DNA of 64,000 nt from Amphiscolops sp. MND2022 (Eukaryota): the NCBI GenBank assembly GCA_964187785.1, contig OZ076412.1:60512001-60576000 (forward strand). The letters are read 5' to 3'. Of this stretch, positions 11,918 to 26,036 are shown one piece after another. Position numbers and translations under genes: made by a program. The notes below the pieces were generated by a model that was given only the letters and a program-made list of their open reading frames with translations, made no database searches and was not told the origin of the DNA. Each line of letters opens with the position of its first letter. Within the stretch, counting starts at the first letter, position 1.

Positions 11918-12776
11918 TATTATTTTTTTTGCAATTTTTGAAAAAATCTGCAAATTTTGAGTTTTGATTTTGATAAGCAATTGGTTGTCGAGAATGATTG
12001 TGAAACAATGGCGATCTTCCCCTCTGTCGACTTGCGGGAGCTTCCCGTTTCAGTTTCCCCTGAAGGATAAGTTTTCAATAACAAATTCCATCTTGGTAAT
12101 GTTTTTCAACTAGCCGCCTTGTCTTCTTTGATAACGCTGATTACGGCCTTGTTGGCTTACATCAATTCTGTCAACACTTCTATATTAAGAGTGTCGCTTC
12201 AAGTGATTGTTAACACTCATCAAGCACTTGAGGGTTTCAAGAGGGTGAAGCTATGGCAGTCAGCCACGCCGTCCACCATCAATCTGATCAACCAATAGGA
12301 ATGCAGCAAAAGTTCTTCCAAGTTAAAATGGCTTCCCAAGGTCTCAAATCTATATAAGGAATAATCTAAAATGACTTTGAAAATCAAAAAAATTATGATA
12401 AAATCATGAAAGAATTCTTTAAAAAAAAACAAAGTTTTCGAAATAAAAAAAATGATGTAGATATCGCTGGCAGACTCTATCCACATAATGCAGTAAATTG
12501 TAAATAGCAACAAATTTGACACCAAACTGTGTAGCCACGAACTCCAATTTTGACATCTTGTCACATTGCCGATTCGCCTTTCAATTCTTCATTACTCAAA
12601 TCTTTCTTGTATTACTCTTTCCGTCGTATTATTCAGTATTTAGTCAACTTTAGTCTATTAGTCTTTGAGTCGTATTCACATTTATTTGAAGCCTTCTCTG
12701 TATCATCTCCTTGAGACATCCCGTGTATTCCTCAGCACCTCTGTGGATTTCCTTGGTCTGACCGTGGACAATCGAC

Positions 12777-12791
12777 ACTGAGTCCCCCTTT
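12777..12791 (-). other. Candidate polypurine tract (aaagggggactcag) and TG start (tgtcgattg) of a Gypsy-1 3' LTR
   Basis: Purine run then TGT at 12777; same position relative to the antisense gene start as the Gypsy-2 3' LTR edge; LTR end and PBS not found. Confidence 0.35.
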
Positions 12792-13097
12792 TGCAGATCC
12801 AGCCGCCTTCACCATTCCTTTCCTTCTTCAAAGAAGATTCTGTTCTTCAGTGATTCCAGACAGTGAGACATCCTGTCCAAATTCCTTTGGCTATCCTTCT
12901 TTGCTGCAACACGCTTCTTCCAATTTGAAAATCGAAACAGGTCAGTAGTTCTCAGGGTTTTTTCATACATTTTTTGATAAAGAACTAAATCGCGGCTTGA
13001 TCAGGGCCCTCACTTGGTTCACGTACTTCCTGTCCTTTAACACAAGCATTCACTTGCGTTCAAAATAACTATTTCCGGAAGATTTTTTAACGCGGTA

Positions 13098-16000
13098 ATG
13101 GACTCTTTCTTTGGAAGTTTTCCGCTTGAGTTTATCTCTTTCTATTTGGACATGTCGTCCGAAGATCGTAATGAAGCCACTCTTGAGTTTGCTGCTGAGA
13201 CGCAAGTAGAAGAAAGCGCGGCACAAACACTCATGGAACCAGAAGCTGGGCAGAGTGATGAAACTCGTGTGGATGCAGCACCAACAGCATCCAATAAGCC
13301 GGAAGAATCAGAGGGTGGTACAGTCAGGGTCAAGCCGACCTCCAGTCCGTGCACCGATGAGAGTATCTCCGCTTACATTGAGCGCACCCTGCAGACACTG
13401 GGCTGTCAAGGAACAGGACTTGACATCACTTTCCTTCCTCCTACTGATCCTGTTAGCAATGTAGAGACGCATGAACTAGAAACAGAGAAAGCCTCCCAAT
13501 CTGACCCTATTCCACAAGTTGACACTGATCAGGGAGGAAAAGCATCAGTTGAAGAAGAGTCAGACCGACAGACCGACGTCAAAAACGAAGCAGGATATTC
13601 TACCACAAAAGTGGATTATTTCCAAACGGACACCAGCGACGTGGAGGAACTTTTGGACAGCTCTGGGGCGGAGACTGCTAAAGATCCGCCAAGTTTGATT
13701 CCCCTCGATGATATGAGTACCCCTGAGACAAAAGTTTTCAAAGAAGGCGAACACGCTCCTCCAGGAGGGATTGCAGACTCAAAATGCCTCAGCCCAAGTC
13801 GGCCATTATGCACGGATATTGCGCTACTGACTATGAGTCCCTGTCAAATTTAGTTGTAGATCGATCGCCAAACACCAGTCCTCCACGTAAACGTTGCCGA
13901 CTCCAGGGCCGAACTGGGAAAATTATGAAGCAGGCCTATTTCAAGGGCATACAATGGACCCGAACCTTCGTGACTGGCCCACTAGAACCGTAGCACAATA
14001 AACATAAATTTTACTGCCAGATTTGTAAGACGATTGTCTCAATCTGCTCAAAAGGTGCCCTGGAGATCGTTCGACACTTCCAATGCGAGTCTCACTGTCG
14101 CAAAGATCAGCGTTGGAGATTCGAATATCTGAAGAAGAGAGACAGGGTCACTGGTCGAGAAGTCCATGAGGTCAGAGGGAAGAACGGACAAGTGCTCACG
14201 CCTCTAGAACTTGAGAGGAAAAAGCTTATCTTCATGAAGGCTCAGTTAGTCGCAACAGGTTGCAGTTATACTTTTTACGACGAGTATATGGCTGGGCTTG
14301 GATCTGTGGCAAGTCAAAAGGAAATCAGACTATGTGTAAAGGTTTCCATGGTCGCTCTCTTCGCTCCTCGCTGTGGGACTTGCATGTCCTGGAGTCCTTG
14401 TGGTCCCAAATTGGCACCGTGACCAATCAACAGGCCCTGTTCTCTCCCTAAGATTGGGGTGCCAGCACACTAGCTGTAAGTATTATTGGTCACTTGTACT
14501 GGAGGTCTAAACTGCGCAATATAGCCATGTGATTTTTCATTCATGTTGTTCATTTAAAGCCATCTTTCATCACATCTTCTTCTACGGCAACGCAGACATT
14601 GCTTACCAAGTTAGCATCACTGGCTAGTACTCTTTGGTATTCGAGACGCTAGGGACTTACAGCTTCATCTCAATTCGTTTCTGGAAAGGCGATTCCCTCA
14701 CTGTTGTACGTCTTTTGCGTTACCGGACTGCTTCAGAACCAGCAACAGGCTTCTTGTTGACACTTTCTCGATTGCTATCCGTTTTGTCAGCACAGCCCCA
14801 TATAGTAAGTGTGTCCGGGTGCCCCGCCGAACTCATTCCTCTCCTTGAGCGTTCTTGCTTCTTCCAGAAAGGGATTGAGTATCCTTTCCGGGTCGATGCC
14901 CTTTCCTTGCCCACCAAGATGCACGAGCGATTGGGAAGCGTTTTCGGAGCGATCAGCTTCTTCTCATAGCTGAAATTTCTAATAAACTTCCTGGATGGTT
15001 GTAGTGGGCAACCCTGGGCCACCCTGATGCCAGAATTCGTCAAGGTAAGGGTCTTGTATTTTCGACTACGAGTCCAGTCAGGGACCGTTTCTAATCCTCA
15101 TTTTGATTATAGGCTACTTCTACCTGCCGCTAGGAAATAACTGGTGTCCCTGGCATATGTTCTGAGCTGATAGCAAACTGGAAGTCCGTGCACCCTTACC
15201 TGGCCAAAACTGCCCCTCCACAAGAAAACCAGGGCGTGAAAAGCAAGTCCCAGAGTGTCGAGTGGGAGATCATCGCCGTAGACTTCTTCCTTATCATCAA
15301 ACTGGAATTCTTCGCACGAATCGTTCGTGATTGTTAGTTTTAGTTCCCTGTTGTTTTACTTTTCAACCGTTTAGGTGGGAGTTTAAGTGTTCACTGAACA
15401 GGGTTTTATCCATGATCATAACAGATAGTCGAATCGGGGCCAAGGGTGTCTTATAGACATGACGGAATAATAGCACATTTTGTTTTACAGACACTGAGAG
15501 CTTCGAAACCCAATTTGCACAGAGTAGAGAAAGTGGATTCAACACCTTCGGAGAGTTCCATTAATTCATCCGGAAGTTGGCCACGCGATCTTTGCTTCCC
15601 AAGTATGCATCCGAGATGCAGGACTGGATTGCGCTAGAAGGGTTGCAGGGACAAGATTGGCGTCAAATGTCAAATCAAATTTCCTGAGCCGCTTGAAACT
15701 GAAAGAAGATTTGGACGCAGCATGCTATGCCCGAGCCAAGCGTGTCCACAGTGAAAAAAAGCTAACGCCTACTGAGTTGGACGCTGTCATTGAGGCCGTT
15801 CGAGACGATTTTGCCACCAAGGCTCGTGGTTACCTAGTCTACCTGCTGAAGTCTTCCTCTCAGACATCAGTCTCAAGGCTGGTATCGTCAGAGGGTTGGG
15901 TAGCTTTGACCTAGTTGCCTTGCTGAGTCTCCCCGTTGATCAGGCGACAGATCGCTTTTCTGCCCTGTATCGGTCTTTCAGCCTGCGGGGTTGGTTGGAA

Positions 16001-16583
16001 AATTCGCCCGAATCAGATGCGCGCGACGAGTACGTCGACTTCCTGGAGAGTTTCCGCAAGAAGTATTCTGGAATGAAGGACACCCCGGAAGTCCTCACAG
16101 ACATGGTCGCCTTCCTATTGGAGATGCCTGAGTTGAAGGTGTGCAAGTATCTATTCTATATTTTCCAGCTCAGCTGCTTGTGGTTGACATCCAAATTGCC
16201 AGAAATGCCTGCCATCAAGTTCCCGGAGTGGATTGCAGAGACCCACGGAGTCGACTGTTTGAAGTCATCATGCCTGCGCAGTCTTACCTCGCTAATGTGG
16301 CGGACTCTGTGGCCGCTTGTACAACCGAAGCTTCTCTGGGTACTTTCAAGGATCTTGAAGCACGATTCAGCGGTGGTATTATAGCAGGAGATCCTTGGTC
16401 TCATGTCGACAGTTTTGGAAAGACATTGAGTCTGCCTCTACTACGTCTTCCAAAGAGGGGAGGGGGGGGGGACAGCGCGAACAGTCCCCTGATAAGAATA
16501 AGAAAGTTAGCTTCAAGGCCGCTAGCAGTTCTGGAGGTGCAAAGTCTTCTGATGTGAACACTCCTGGCTCTTCTAAGTCTTAA
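13098..16583 (+). pseudogene. Antisense accessory gene of Gypsy-1, hAT-transposase-like (acidic N-term, BED-like finger, degenerate RNase H core, helical C-term, Ser-rich tail)
   Basis: Cx2Cx16Hx5H at ~14015-14097; collinear similarity with 49683-52390; several stops and frameshifts; GTAAGT donor at 14476. Confidence 0.7.
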
Positions 16584-16827
16584 ATGTACATAGAATACAT
16601 TTGTTTTTAGACTGTAAACTGATCTGTATTTATTCCTTCTATTGCTGATTTCTGTTTCTTGTTATATACCAGTCTTGTTTGTATGTGGCTTTGTGTTATT
16701 CGCCACTGAGTCTTCCCTGTTGTATATAGTTATATCAGACAAAAGTAAGACAGAAGAGTCTCAAGTAAAAATAAATGTCCTCTCGGACGGGCAATAAAGA
16801 AAAGGGACTAGTAATTCAAATTTCTGG

Positions 16828-18716
16828 CTAATATCTGTATTCTTCAGTAAAGTTGGGGCTGGGGTTAGGTCTGAGATTGTAGTTCCCTCCTCTAGGACTA
16901 GCGTGTTTTTCAAAGTTTTCTGTTTCCGATATTCCGGGCACGGTAATTTCTGCGCCTCTGTTTGAAAAGTTTTCCGCATTTTGTAATTCATTAGTGACGT
17001 CATTTTCATTTTGAGTCCCATTAGTCGTTTCATCCAATGGTGACGACACGTCTCGGTTATTACGCGATTGCGTTCGTATTTCATTCTCGTTGACGTCATC
17101 TTCGTTTGTTCGTTCGTTGCAGCTTTCACTCTCGCTTGCGCTGCTGCGTTCATTCTGGATGACGTATTGGTCCACACTGCTGTCCTCAGCGTCGGTTGGC
17201 CGGCGTGTGGCCACGTCGGTCCAATCTTCTTTTCTCGGTTCGAATAATTCGTTTTCAAAATCTACTTCTCATGAGATAGTATACAAGTCGTCTTGTGGTA
17301 TTACTATCTCATTGTCGGGTTGTAATTTTTCGCCATCATATTTGTCCTCTAAAGGAGCATTTGGCACGAATTTTGTTAGTCTAATACGATGGAGTATTTG
17401 CGTGTTCTTTGTATTCAATTAACGCAGAATATAATTGTCATTGGACAAAACTGTCTGAACGACAAAGGGGCCAATCCACCTGTATTCTTTGAATGGGATT
17501 TTTGATGTTTGACTATCCGCTTTAGGTTGTAGAACAAAACAATAATCCTTTTCTTTAAGCAGAGCCGCTTTGGCCTTTCGGTCGTATTAGTCCTTGTACT
17601 TTAAATAGGATGGATTGCATTATATTCTTTTTAGTTTGGTCAATGAGGAATTGTGTCCTCTGTTGTACTTCTTCCGCAAATTCCGTAGTTGGCAGGAAAT
17701 TTTTATTGGGGTTGTTTCCCAATTTGTGATCTAGGACGTTGAATTCGGCCATGTAAGATTTTACTCGGCTCACATCCAATACTGGAGTGATATGTAGTAT
17801 TCTAGTTGAGCACGGCTAATGACAGGTGTTTGTGCCATTGTCGTCGATATTCCCCTGAGGCCATTTTCAAGTTGGTCTGGAGTGAGGCGTGCGTCCTTTC
17901 AAGCTTGCCAAAAGTTTGCGGGTGCTTTGTAGTGGCGCATTTGATTGTTATGCCCAGAATTTGAGTTATTTCGGCTATCATGGTCGATGTAAATGCGGAC
18001 CCGTTGTCCGTAATGAGAGTTGTCGGTAAATATGAATGTTTCGCCATGATGTCTATTTTTACCTTGGCTACATTTGTGGCTGTCGCTTCAATTAGCGGGT
18101 AAGCAAATAGGTATCTTTAAAAAACATCAATGGCTGTCATTACTGTCTGGTATCCGCCGCTGGTCGGTACATTTGGCAATAAATCAGTTTGCATGGCATC
18201 TTCATGACCAAGGTTCCATTTAGGCAAATTTAGTAATTCTCGTGTAATTGTATTATTAGGGACCCTTTTGTCTCTGGCACACGTTTCGCAGCCTTATACC
18301 CACTTCTTCACGTGTTTTGCTATCCCAGGGTAGTATTATTTTTGGCGGATTTCCAGTAGCATATTAGAAATGCCCGGGTGTCGATGTGCCGTGCCATGTA
18401 TTGCCTGCAAAAATTCTTTCAATAGGTGTTTGGGTAGTAAAATCTGGTGGTATTTGATTTTGCCTGTTTCATCATTGTATTTTCTTGTCACAATTTTGTC
18501 TTTGAGGACTATTCGGTCTATGTTATTCAAATAATGTCTATACCGAATGTTCTGTTGTAAGATTTCTTCGGAATAGTCTTCGTTCTGAATTTTTGCTTTT
18601 AATTGAAGCAAGATCCGGTCTTTGGATTGTTCGAGCAGTATTTGATTTGTTCTGCGAAGTTTCTGTCTGGGTGAAAATAGTGATTTCTTCCACAACGCAT
18701 TCAGATATGGCATCAA
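16828..18716 (-). pseudogene. Gypsy-1 integrase (H2C2, DDE core, C-terminal tail), fragmented
   Basis: HGTAHRHPGI, LITDNGSAFTS, HPQTFGKLERTH, C-terminal YNLRPNP. Confidence 0.9.
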
Positions 18717-18915
18717 TTTGGATGACGGTCTCCGGGACCTTCAGTCCTGCTTTTGATTGCCTTTTCTTCTCCCAAATTTGTTCTGTTTCGTTGTCTTCTT
18801 CGGTAAAGAACACTTGCTCCTCTTCGGACACGCCGGCCGATTGGACATTGACTTTAACGTCTGCGCGTCTTTTCAGGACCAACTTTTTGCTGGGATCCAT
18901 TTCCATACAGGACAG

Positions 18916-19320
18916 TTAATCAGCCGCTGTGTTATTCTTGCCTGGAATATGAGCTATAGTGAAATTGAACTGAATGACAAAATCACATGCATTCCATAAT
19001 GGTGGCGGTATTATCTTGGTCTGGAAGAACCTTGTGACCGATTTGTTATCCGTAAGGATAATCACTGGTTTGGTTGTCTCCCAGAGTATATGTCCGAATT
19101 CTTTGAAGGCGTAGTATATGGCGAGAAATTCTTTCGCATATATTGACATTTTGAGCTGGGAAGGAATAAAAAATTTCGAGCCGTAAGCAATGGGCGCATA
19201 GGATTTCTTGACTGAAGTGTCTTTCTGATTTGGATCATCTTCAGTAAGTATAGCATATCCTGCTGCTGTAAAGCTGGCATCTGTCATTAGGACTAGCTGT
19301 CGATTCGGCAGTGGTTGCCG
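18916..19320 (-). pseudogene. Gypsy-1 RNase H
   Basis: MTDASFTAAGY, YAKEFLAI, ILTDNKS, HIPGKNNTAAD. Confidence 0.92.
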
Positions 19321-19379
19321 CTGGGGCTAGCTGGCTGCATCGATCCAGGTCTCTATTGATTTCGTTGAATTATTCAACC

Positions 19380-20687
19380 CACTCTGTTGTCACCAAGACC
19401 TTCTCGTCCTTCTTAAGTAGTTGAAAGAAGGGGACCAGTTTTTCTGACTGTGTCGGTATGCAGTTTCAGTAGTAATTGAGGAATCCAAGGTAACGTTGCA
19501 AGACCTTTTTGGATTTCGGGAATTTGGTTTTTTCTAGGAAGTTTGTAATGCTTTCCTTTTGAGGCTTGACGCCCTCAGGGGTGATTGTTCTTCCTCACTT
19601 TTCGGAAGTCATTTTCGGTTGCGCCAAAGTGCCATTTGTGCATGGTCAACTTCAATCCTGCCTCTCTGATGCATTCAAAAGTTGCTCGGAGGTTTTTGAT
19701 CAAGTGCTCGGCATCGTTTGCCGCCATGCCAATATCGTCGACATATTGTGCGCATTGGTCAGCCTTGATAACGCAGTCTAAGTATTCTCTCATAAAACTA
19801 GAGAAGGCCGACAGGGCTCTACTGAGTCCTTGTGCCATTCTTCTGTAAGCGATTGTTCTGCTGGCAAAGTTGAAAGCCAGCATTTCAATGGACCTTTGGT
19901 CCGCCATCTGAAGGCAGTGGTACGCCTGTGAATAATCGAGTTTACAAAAGAGCTTCTTCCCGGCCATGTGTTGCGCGGCGTCCGTCAGGGTACTAACTGG
20001 GTGGTTATTATTGATATAATCATCGGAGATCAGATTATTGATCTTCCTGAGGTCAACCAACAACCGTAGCTTCCCATTGGGCTTCTTTTGTGCAAAAATA
20101 GGACTGGCGTATTTTGAGAACGGTAACGTAGTTATGAAACCGTATTTGTGAAGTAGCGCCAACTCACCCAGAATGTCCTCTTTTAAATTGATCGGAGTTG
20201 GTAGACTCTGGCTTTAGGCCGGTGAGTCGTCCTTTGGGGTCAATTTGACCGTAAACTACTCATTCATTCCAAAATTAAATCTATGTCGTGCAAATATGTC
20301 GTGGAACTTCACTAAGAGGGCTTCCATTTGCTTGCTTTCGTGCTGTTGTAGCATGGAACCCTTCCAGTCGAAGTTGCTAAAAAACTTTCGCCGACATTCT
20401 TCATTTTCTTGTGGATTGAGGCTTTCTGCTTCTTGTAAGTTCCGTAGTTCTCTGCGAATTCTTTTATGTATTGGCGTGTAGGACACTTCGTCCCCCGGAT
20501 TCTCAGGTGTGGGAAACCTATATTGTTCGTATTGGGCGTTGTTCCAGTTGGCTTTAAGAAGGCTGCTAATATAGTGAGCAGCGTCCTCTTGGTTTTCATC
20601 GAGTAGATGGCAAGTGGACACTGGGTGTATTGGCCTGACGTGTTTCATCTGCTCAGGCGTCATTTCCGAAAAGTTTGCTATGTGCAT
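19380..20687 (-). pseudogene. Gypsy-1 reverse transcriptase, frameshifted
   Basis: SKYASPIFAQKKPNGKLRLLVDLRKIN, FCKLDYSQAYH, RMAQGL, QYVDDI. Confidence 0.95.
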
Positions 20688-20797
20688 TCCCTTTTCAAGT
20701 TTGTAGGGCTGGTCAGTGAAATTATTGACGTGTATCCTCGTAGTCCCTCCATTTAGCGTGATTATAGCAGCGCAAAATGTTATATCATTTTCTTCAT

Positions 20798-21902
20798 TTA
20801 GGAGTTCACTGGGCTGTAGTATCCCAGTGACAGCATTTTCTGCGTAAATTTGGGACTGAATAGGAATAATTGTGCGGTCATTTGGCGGAATTCCTCAGGG
20901 TTGAGAATGGGTTCCATGACATTCGAGTATTTGTGGTCAGCTGTTTTCAATTGCATCGAGAAAAAGGGAAAACTTAGTATGCCCTGGCGCATGTCTAGGA
21001 CTGTGTGGTTGAGTTGTAAAAACATCAGTCCGATTATAGTGCTGGATAGTTTTTCCATTACAATGAAGATTTCATGGAACTCGATGTCCCCCACTTCAAA
21101 TTTCAGTTGCAAGGTACTTTTCGTGGTCTCTAGGTCTCCATTTGCGACCATTATTTGGAATGATGGGGCAGGTCCCTCTTTGACTATGGATTGAGGCGCT
21201 AGTAGCCGTATTTTCCTGAGGTCTGCCTCTGGTATTGCACTGGAGTGGGCCCCAGTGTCAATGAGTCCATCTAACGTTAGTTCTCCGAAGTCCATTAGAA
21301 AGTATAACATCCGGCTTTTGATTTTGAGTCCAAGGTTGGTGAAAAGGGGAACGTTTGACGGTTTGCCTTGTTGTTCCACTAAAATATGCAGGAAGGCTGT
21401 TTCGTCTAGAAAGCTGTTGAGGCCTTTATAGTCTTCCTTGTATTGAGGTTCCTCTATTTCTTCTATGAGTGCTTCGGAATTCGGCTGCCAAAGTTCAATC
21501 AGGGCCCTAAAGAGTTTGGTGTCCTCTATCTGGGGATCGTCCTCGTCGTCCGTTGGTGGAACGTCTGAATTGCAGTTTTTGTCTATCATATAATTCATTG
21601 TCCCAATACGGATCTTTGCCGTACTCTGGGTCAGTATATTGAGGGTGATAGTCTTCGACCAATGGTAAGGGACGGAACTGAGTTTCGAAGTTTTTAATAT
21701 AGTCAATTTCGTAGAATCGGTCTGGGCGATCGTTGTGTACTTGTTTATAAAATTTTATAGAGGTTTTTTCCATCTGTTGCTGCCAGACGACAGATGGGGT
21801 GCCATTGGTGTCCTTTATATATTGTCGAAAGGTGACAATTGGAGGATCTGAAATGACATATTGTCTGACCGACAAATAGTCATGTATTTGGAGTCGTGGC
21901 AA
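20798..21902 (-). pseudogene. Gypsy-1 spacer and aspartic protease
   Basis: LIDTGAHSSAI retropepsin motif, IIGLMFL. Confidence 0.9.
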
Positions 21903-21904
21903 AA

Positions 21905-23596
21905 TTAGTTTTTTGGATCAGTCTTTTTGGTATTGGGTTGGCTTGAATCAGTAGCCACCGAGTCACTGGTTGTTTTAGGTTTTCCCTCAGAAGTTGAGGC
22001 ATTTGCGTCTTCTTGTTCTGTCTGTGGCCTCTTGCGACGCAGGTGAGCGCCAGCGCCTTGCCAACGTCTCTCAGTTGAATGATTCGTTTTCCCGCATGTG
22101 TCACAATGTGGGTAAGTTGGACGTTGCGGTTTCTTGCCATCTTTCTCCTCCATCTGTTTCTTCTTTTTGAGTTTAGGACAGCTTCTGTAGTAATGTCCTG
22201 TCGTTTTACAATAGCAGCATTGGGCGTCTTTTTTGGTGTTGATGCCGTTAGACAGGAAATTGCTCTGATTCGTGGACGCCGGGGCCATAGTAGCCATTGG
22301 CAAGTCATCTGATTCTTCTGATGCATTGAGTTCTAGTTCTCTTTCAAGATGAGCGACAATCTCTTCGTACGTTCCATTCTCCAATCGGGCCATGTTGACG
22401 GATCGTTTTAGCTTTGGTGGCAGTTTCGCGTAAACTATCAATCATGCTTTTGGCATTTTCACCAAAAGCTTTTTCGGCACTTGGTTCAATTCTTCCAAGA
22501 AGTCCGGCAATTTCATGGTACTTGGGTCGAAAGTCAATCGATGCCACTTGTGTTTTGCCGTTGCTTGGGATTCCGGTTTAACGTACTTTCTCCGGAATAT
22601 GACCAGTACGTCCTCTAGAGTCTTACGGTTGATGGAATTTATGTTCCTGAAAGTCTGTAATGCCCTTTTTCGTAGCAATGAGTGGAAGTGATTGATTTTT
22701 ATCTGTTCTGTCATTGCTGTCATTGCGGGTTGCATTTTGATCATCGTGTGGAACAAGTCCTCGAAAAGCTCAAATTTTTCGCTTTTCCCGTCGAATGTCA
22801 TTGGCGTGGTTTGGACTGGTCTAATGGTCATGGATTGAGGTTTATTTTGTAAATTGACCAATACATCAGCTAATCTGTTGAGCGGGTTCTGTGAAGGCTC
22901 ATGGACCTCGGGGTCTGGGGCTGGCAGAGTCGCGTCCAGAGAGACATTATGGTTAGATTGTTGCCTCTCCAGGTTTGGGATTGAGGGGATTCGTCCAGTC
23001 AGAAATTCAGGAATTTGCTGTTGGGTGTCAATAGCTCCTGTCACCATGTAAGAACCACAATCTGTGGTGTCCCTCAAGTCTCCTACGGACCTAGAGTCCT
23101 TTTTAGCGTTCTTCGTTTTGGGCCCGGATGCGTTTTCCCTGTTTTCCTGACTATTAGGGGACATACTGTCCTCAGTGTCCCTGTGACCTGCAGACGACAT
23201 TGAATTTGTTATATTTTGAATCTCGGGGATGACTCTTTCAGCTATAGCTGTGGTAAAAGCCCTGTTTATGTGACTATGCATCATGGACATCATTCAGTCC
23301 ATCTCTTGAGACAGCCTAAGATTGAATTCATTTGAAAGAGCCTCGAAGGACTGTCTAACATCGTTTTGCCTCATAGAGCCCTTTTCATATGAGAAATTAC
23401 CGTACTCCTTTGTATAGTACGTATTTGTATTTGCGTCCCCGTGGACCGATGATTGCTCTATAGCGTCAGCTAATTCTCTTTCAATGGGATTGTTATCATC
23501 ATTTCCCAACATTACGTCTAAGTTATCATAATCGGACATCATGTCCATTTCTCTAGATTTCCTGGCTTTTGCCTTTTGTTTTCTTGTTTAAGGCAT
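21905..23596 (-). pseudogene. Gypsy-1 gag with two CCHC zinc knuckles
   Basis: CYCKTTGHYYRSC and CDTCGKTNHSTER(R); stops and frameshifts. Confidence 0.9.
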
Positions 23597-24550
23597 AAGA
23601 AATTGTTACAGGATAAAGATGTAAATTATCTTGCAAATTTAGTGTGATATTACTAAACGGTAAGTAACTTCAACCTGTAGTATCATTCAACAATTGTGTC
23701 CCCGTGACTAAATGTCCCGGCTATATACATTAGAAACTACATGACATTCAAAATATGAGTCGTCATCTTCTAAAAAATGCCTTAAGGGCTTTTTAAAAAT
23801 AGCAACAATTCTAAAAATAGCAACGGTTAACTAGTGACATCATCATGATGCGAGTGACTTCAAAAGAGTTTTCCCGACAGACAACGTGTTGGCAAGAAGC
23901 CCGTGTGTCTACTAGACATATTAACAGCGTACATATACTAAAGCAGAATACATGCGTTTCAGCATTTTACATGAGATTCATCAATTGCGCGCTACATTTC
24001 ATTAATATGCGGTATTTTGACACTAAGTGTCCATTTTATGAGAAATTAAATGCCTTTCCAAGTTCCAAGTAAGTGTACTCGTTATTTAGCACCTTTAATT
24101 CAAAAGTGGACTCAGCGTCCGATCGACATGGCAGTCCTTATTTTATTTGTTGACAGGCGGCATATGGCCGTCTAGTCCATTGATCAAAGCGCCGCATAAA
24201 GTATAAAAGAAGAGCACTGGTTAATTATATACTGCACTCTGACTGGTTGAAGCTCATTCGGACTTGCTGTCCAATGCGACAGGCGAGGAAACATTTGAAC
24301 ACGTTTCCTCTACCTGTACGCCTTGGTGTCCAATTTACTAGCAACGTACAATTAGCGCCGGTATTACATAACACTATATCATAACTTTAAATGATATTTT
24401 ACATTCAAAGTAAGTAAATTACATGACTTCTAAAGTATGAATGCAGTTTAGTTTAGGAGTTTGAATTTAAAAGGTTTGTGCTGGGTAGGGCTTTTTGATT
24501 GTCATTGCAAATAGAATACATGTTGCCATCACAGGCGGACGCCTGGGACA

Positions 24551-25000
24551 CCTTGTGTTTCAAAGAAGCAGTATGGGCTATAAACGAACCAAGCAGAAAC
24601 AAGCCGGGAACGGCCAAAGTCGGCGCTAATCCAAGACTCAAAAAGTGCAAAGTTTTGAAAATTGTAAAAAGGAGACCCTCTGCGCTTTTTGAAACAACTC
24701 CATTCGGTTGCAAAAAAGAGAAAAAAATGGAAGGGAGAACCCTTTGGAGCTTTAAAAAAATTTGAATTAAATGAAAATTGAGAAATTTGAACAGTCTCAT
24801 AGTGCCGAAAAAGGGAGAAGCTTCATAGTTTCGAAAAAAATGGAAATGGGGAACCTTCTGCTTTTGAATGGTTTTTTATTTCATGTTAGAGGCTTTGGAT
24901 GCGTTCAAAATGAAGGACTAAGTACTTATGGAAAAAGTGCATAATGCACAAAAAGTGGGCCGATCGCGTTGAACTGTGGAAAACGTTGAACAGGCGAAAA
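24551..25000. repeat. Unclassified A-rich repeat with recurring gggagaaccct/gggaacctt-type units
   Basis: Abrupt loss of similarity to 11170 at ~24550; recurring motifs at ~24730, ~24810, ~24850. Confidence 0.35.
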
Positions 25001-26036
25001 AACTCTTACTCCTTGAAGAATTTGTCGGTATGTTAAATTAATGCGAGTGAGAGTCTGTCACAAACAAAGTTGGAAATAAAACTTCAGATGAGTAGAACGC
25101 TTTTTGGTTATTTCAATTCATTAATATAAGTTATGACCGGAAATGCTAGGCTAGAAACTAGAAGTAACTGGAAACAGGATAGCGCCTGAAAACTTCACTG
25201 AAATAAATAAACAAATGCTAATTTACTTACTGTACGAGAAACTGAAAAACTGATGGTATTATAGTTATAAAGTGTTTACAGCAAGAGTTTTCCACAATTT
25301 TCATCTCCATGAAAGCCATCCATTGATTGCAGTTGTTCTGTGCTTCCATGCAACAATTACAATTGATTGGCTCGAACAAAAAAGATTGTAAAGTATCATT
25401 TTCCACAAACTTACCGATAAAATAGTATTCAGTTTCTCTGTTCAAATGTAGCAATTGTTGTTGAAAATTGTCAATCGGAAAATTTCAGCGGAAACTGAAG
25501 GTCATAAAATTGAATAATCAATTCAGTGTTCCAACTTATTCCAATTAACAGAAATTCTAAATAATATATGATAAACTCAATTTATTACTAACTTTCTCTT
25601 TCTCTTGAAGTTCCACCGGCTACTACAACGTGAGATGATAATCAATGAAATGAATACTAGAAAATAATTTTCGGTAGTTCACCGCGAAATTTGATTGGAT
25701 CGTCAGGTATTTTTGTGCGGGAAATTTTTCACATCAGGATGACTCTATTGTGAAAAAATCGACTATTGATAAGGAGGTAATTGGTTGTTTGTGACGGAAA
25801 TATCTTTCAACACAGACAATATGTTTAACTTGTTTTTCGGGAAATTATCATTCGATTTCATCTCAAAATTGTACAACCTAGATTCAGCGGAGCTTTCAAT
25901 TGAGAAACTCTTATTCTAAAGCATTCATGGAACGTATCACAATAAGCATATCATAGTATCTAATAGAGAGATTTGGCTCAAAAACCAATTTCTGGGATCG
26001 AATCTAACGTTCAACGACCTAGAACTGGAAACAATG

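Larger units (their letters stand above)
12777..24550 (-). mobile_element. Gypsy-1 Ty3/Gypsy LTR retrotransposon (decayed; boundaries tentative; 5' side truncated at ~24550 by another repeat)
   Basis: gag-PR-RT-RH-IN order diagnostic of Ty3/Gypsy. Confidence 0.85.

Noticed and set aside
16761-17258. env-like third ORF after Gypsy-1 integrase
   Set aside because: No signal peptide or TM helix; it is the low-complexity integrase tail ending YNLRPNP, as in Gypsy-2
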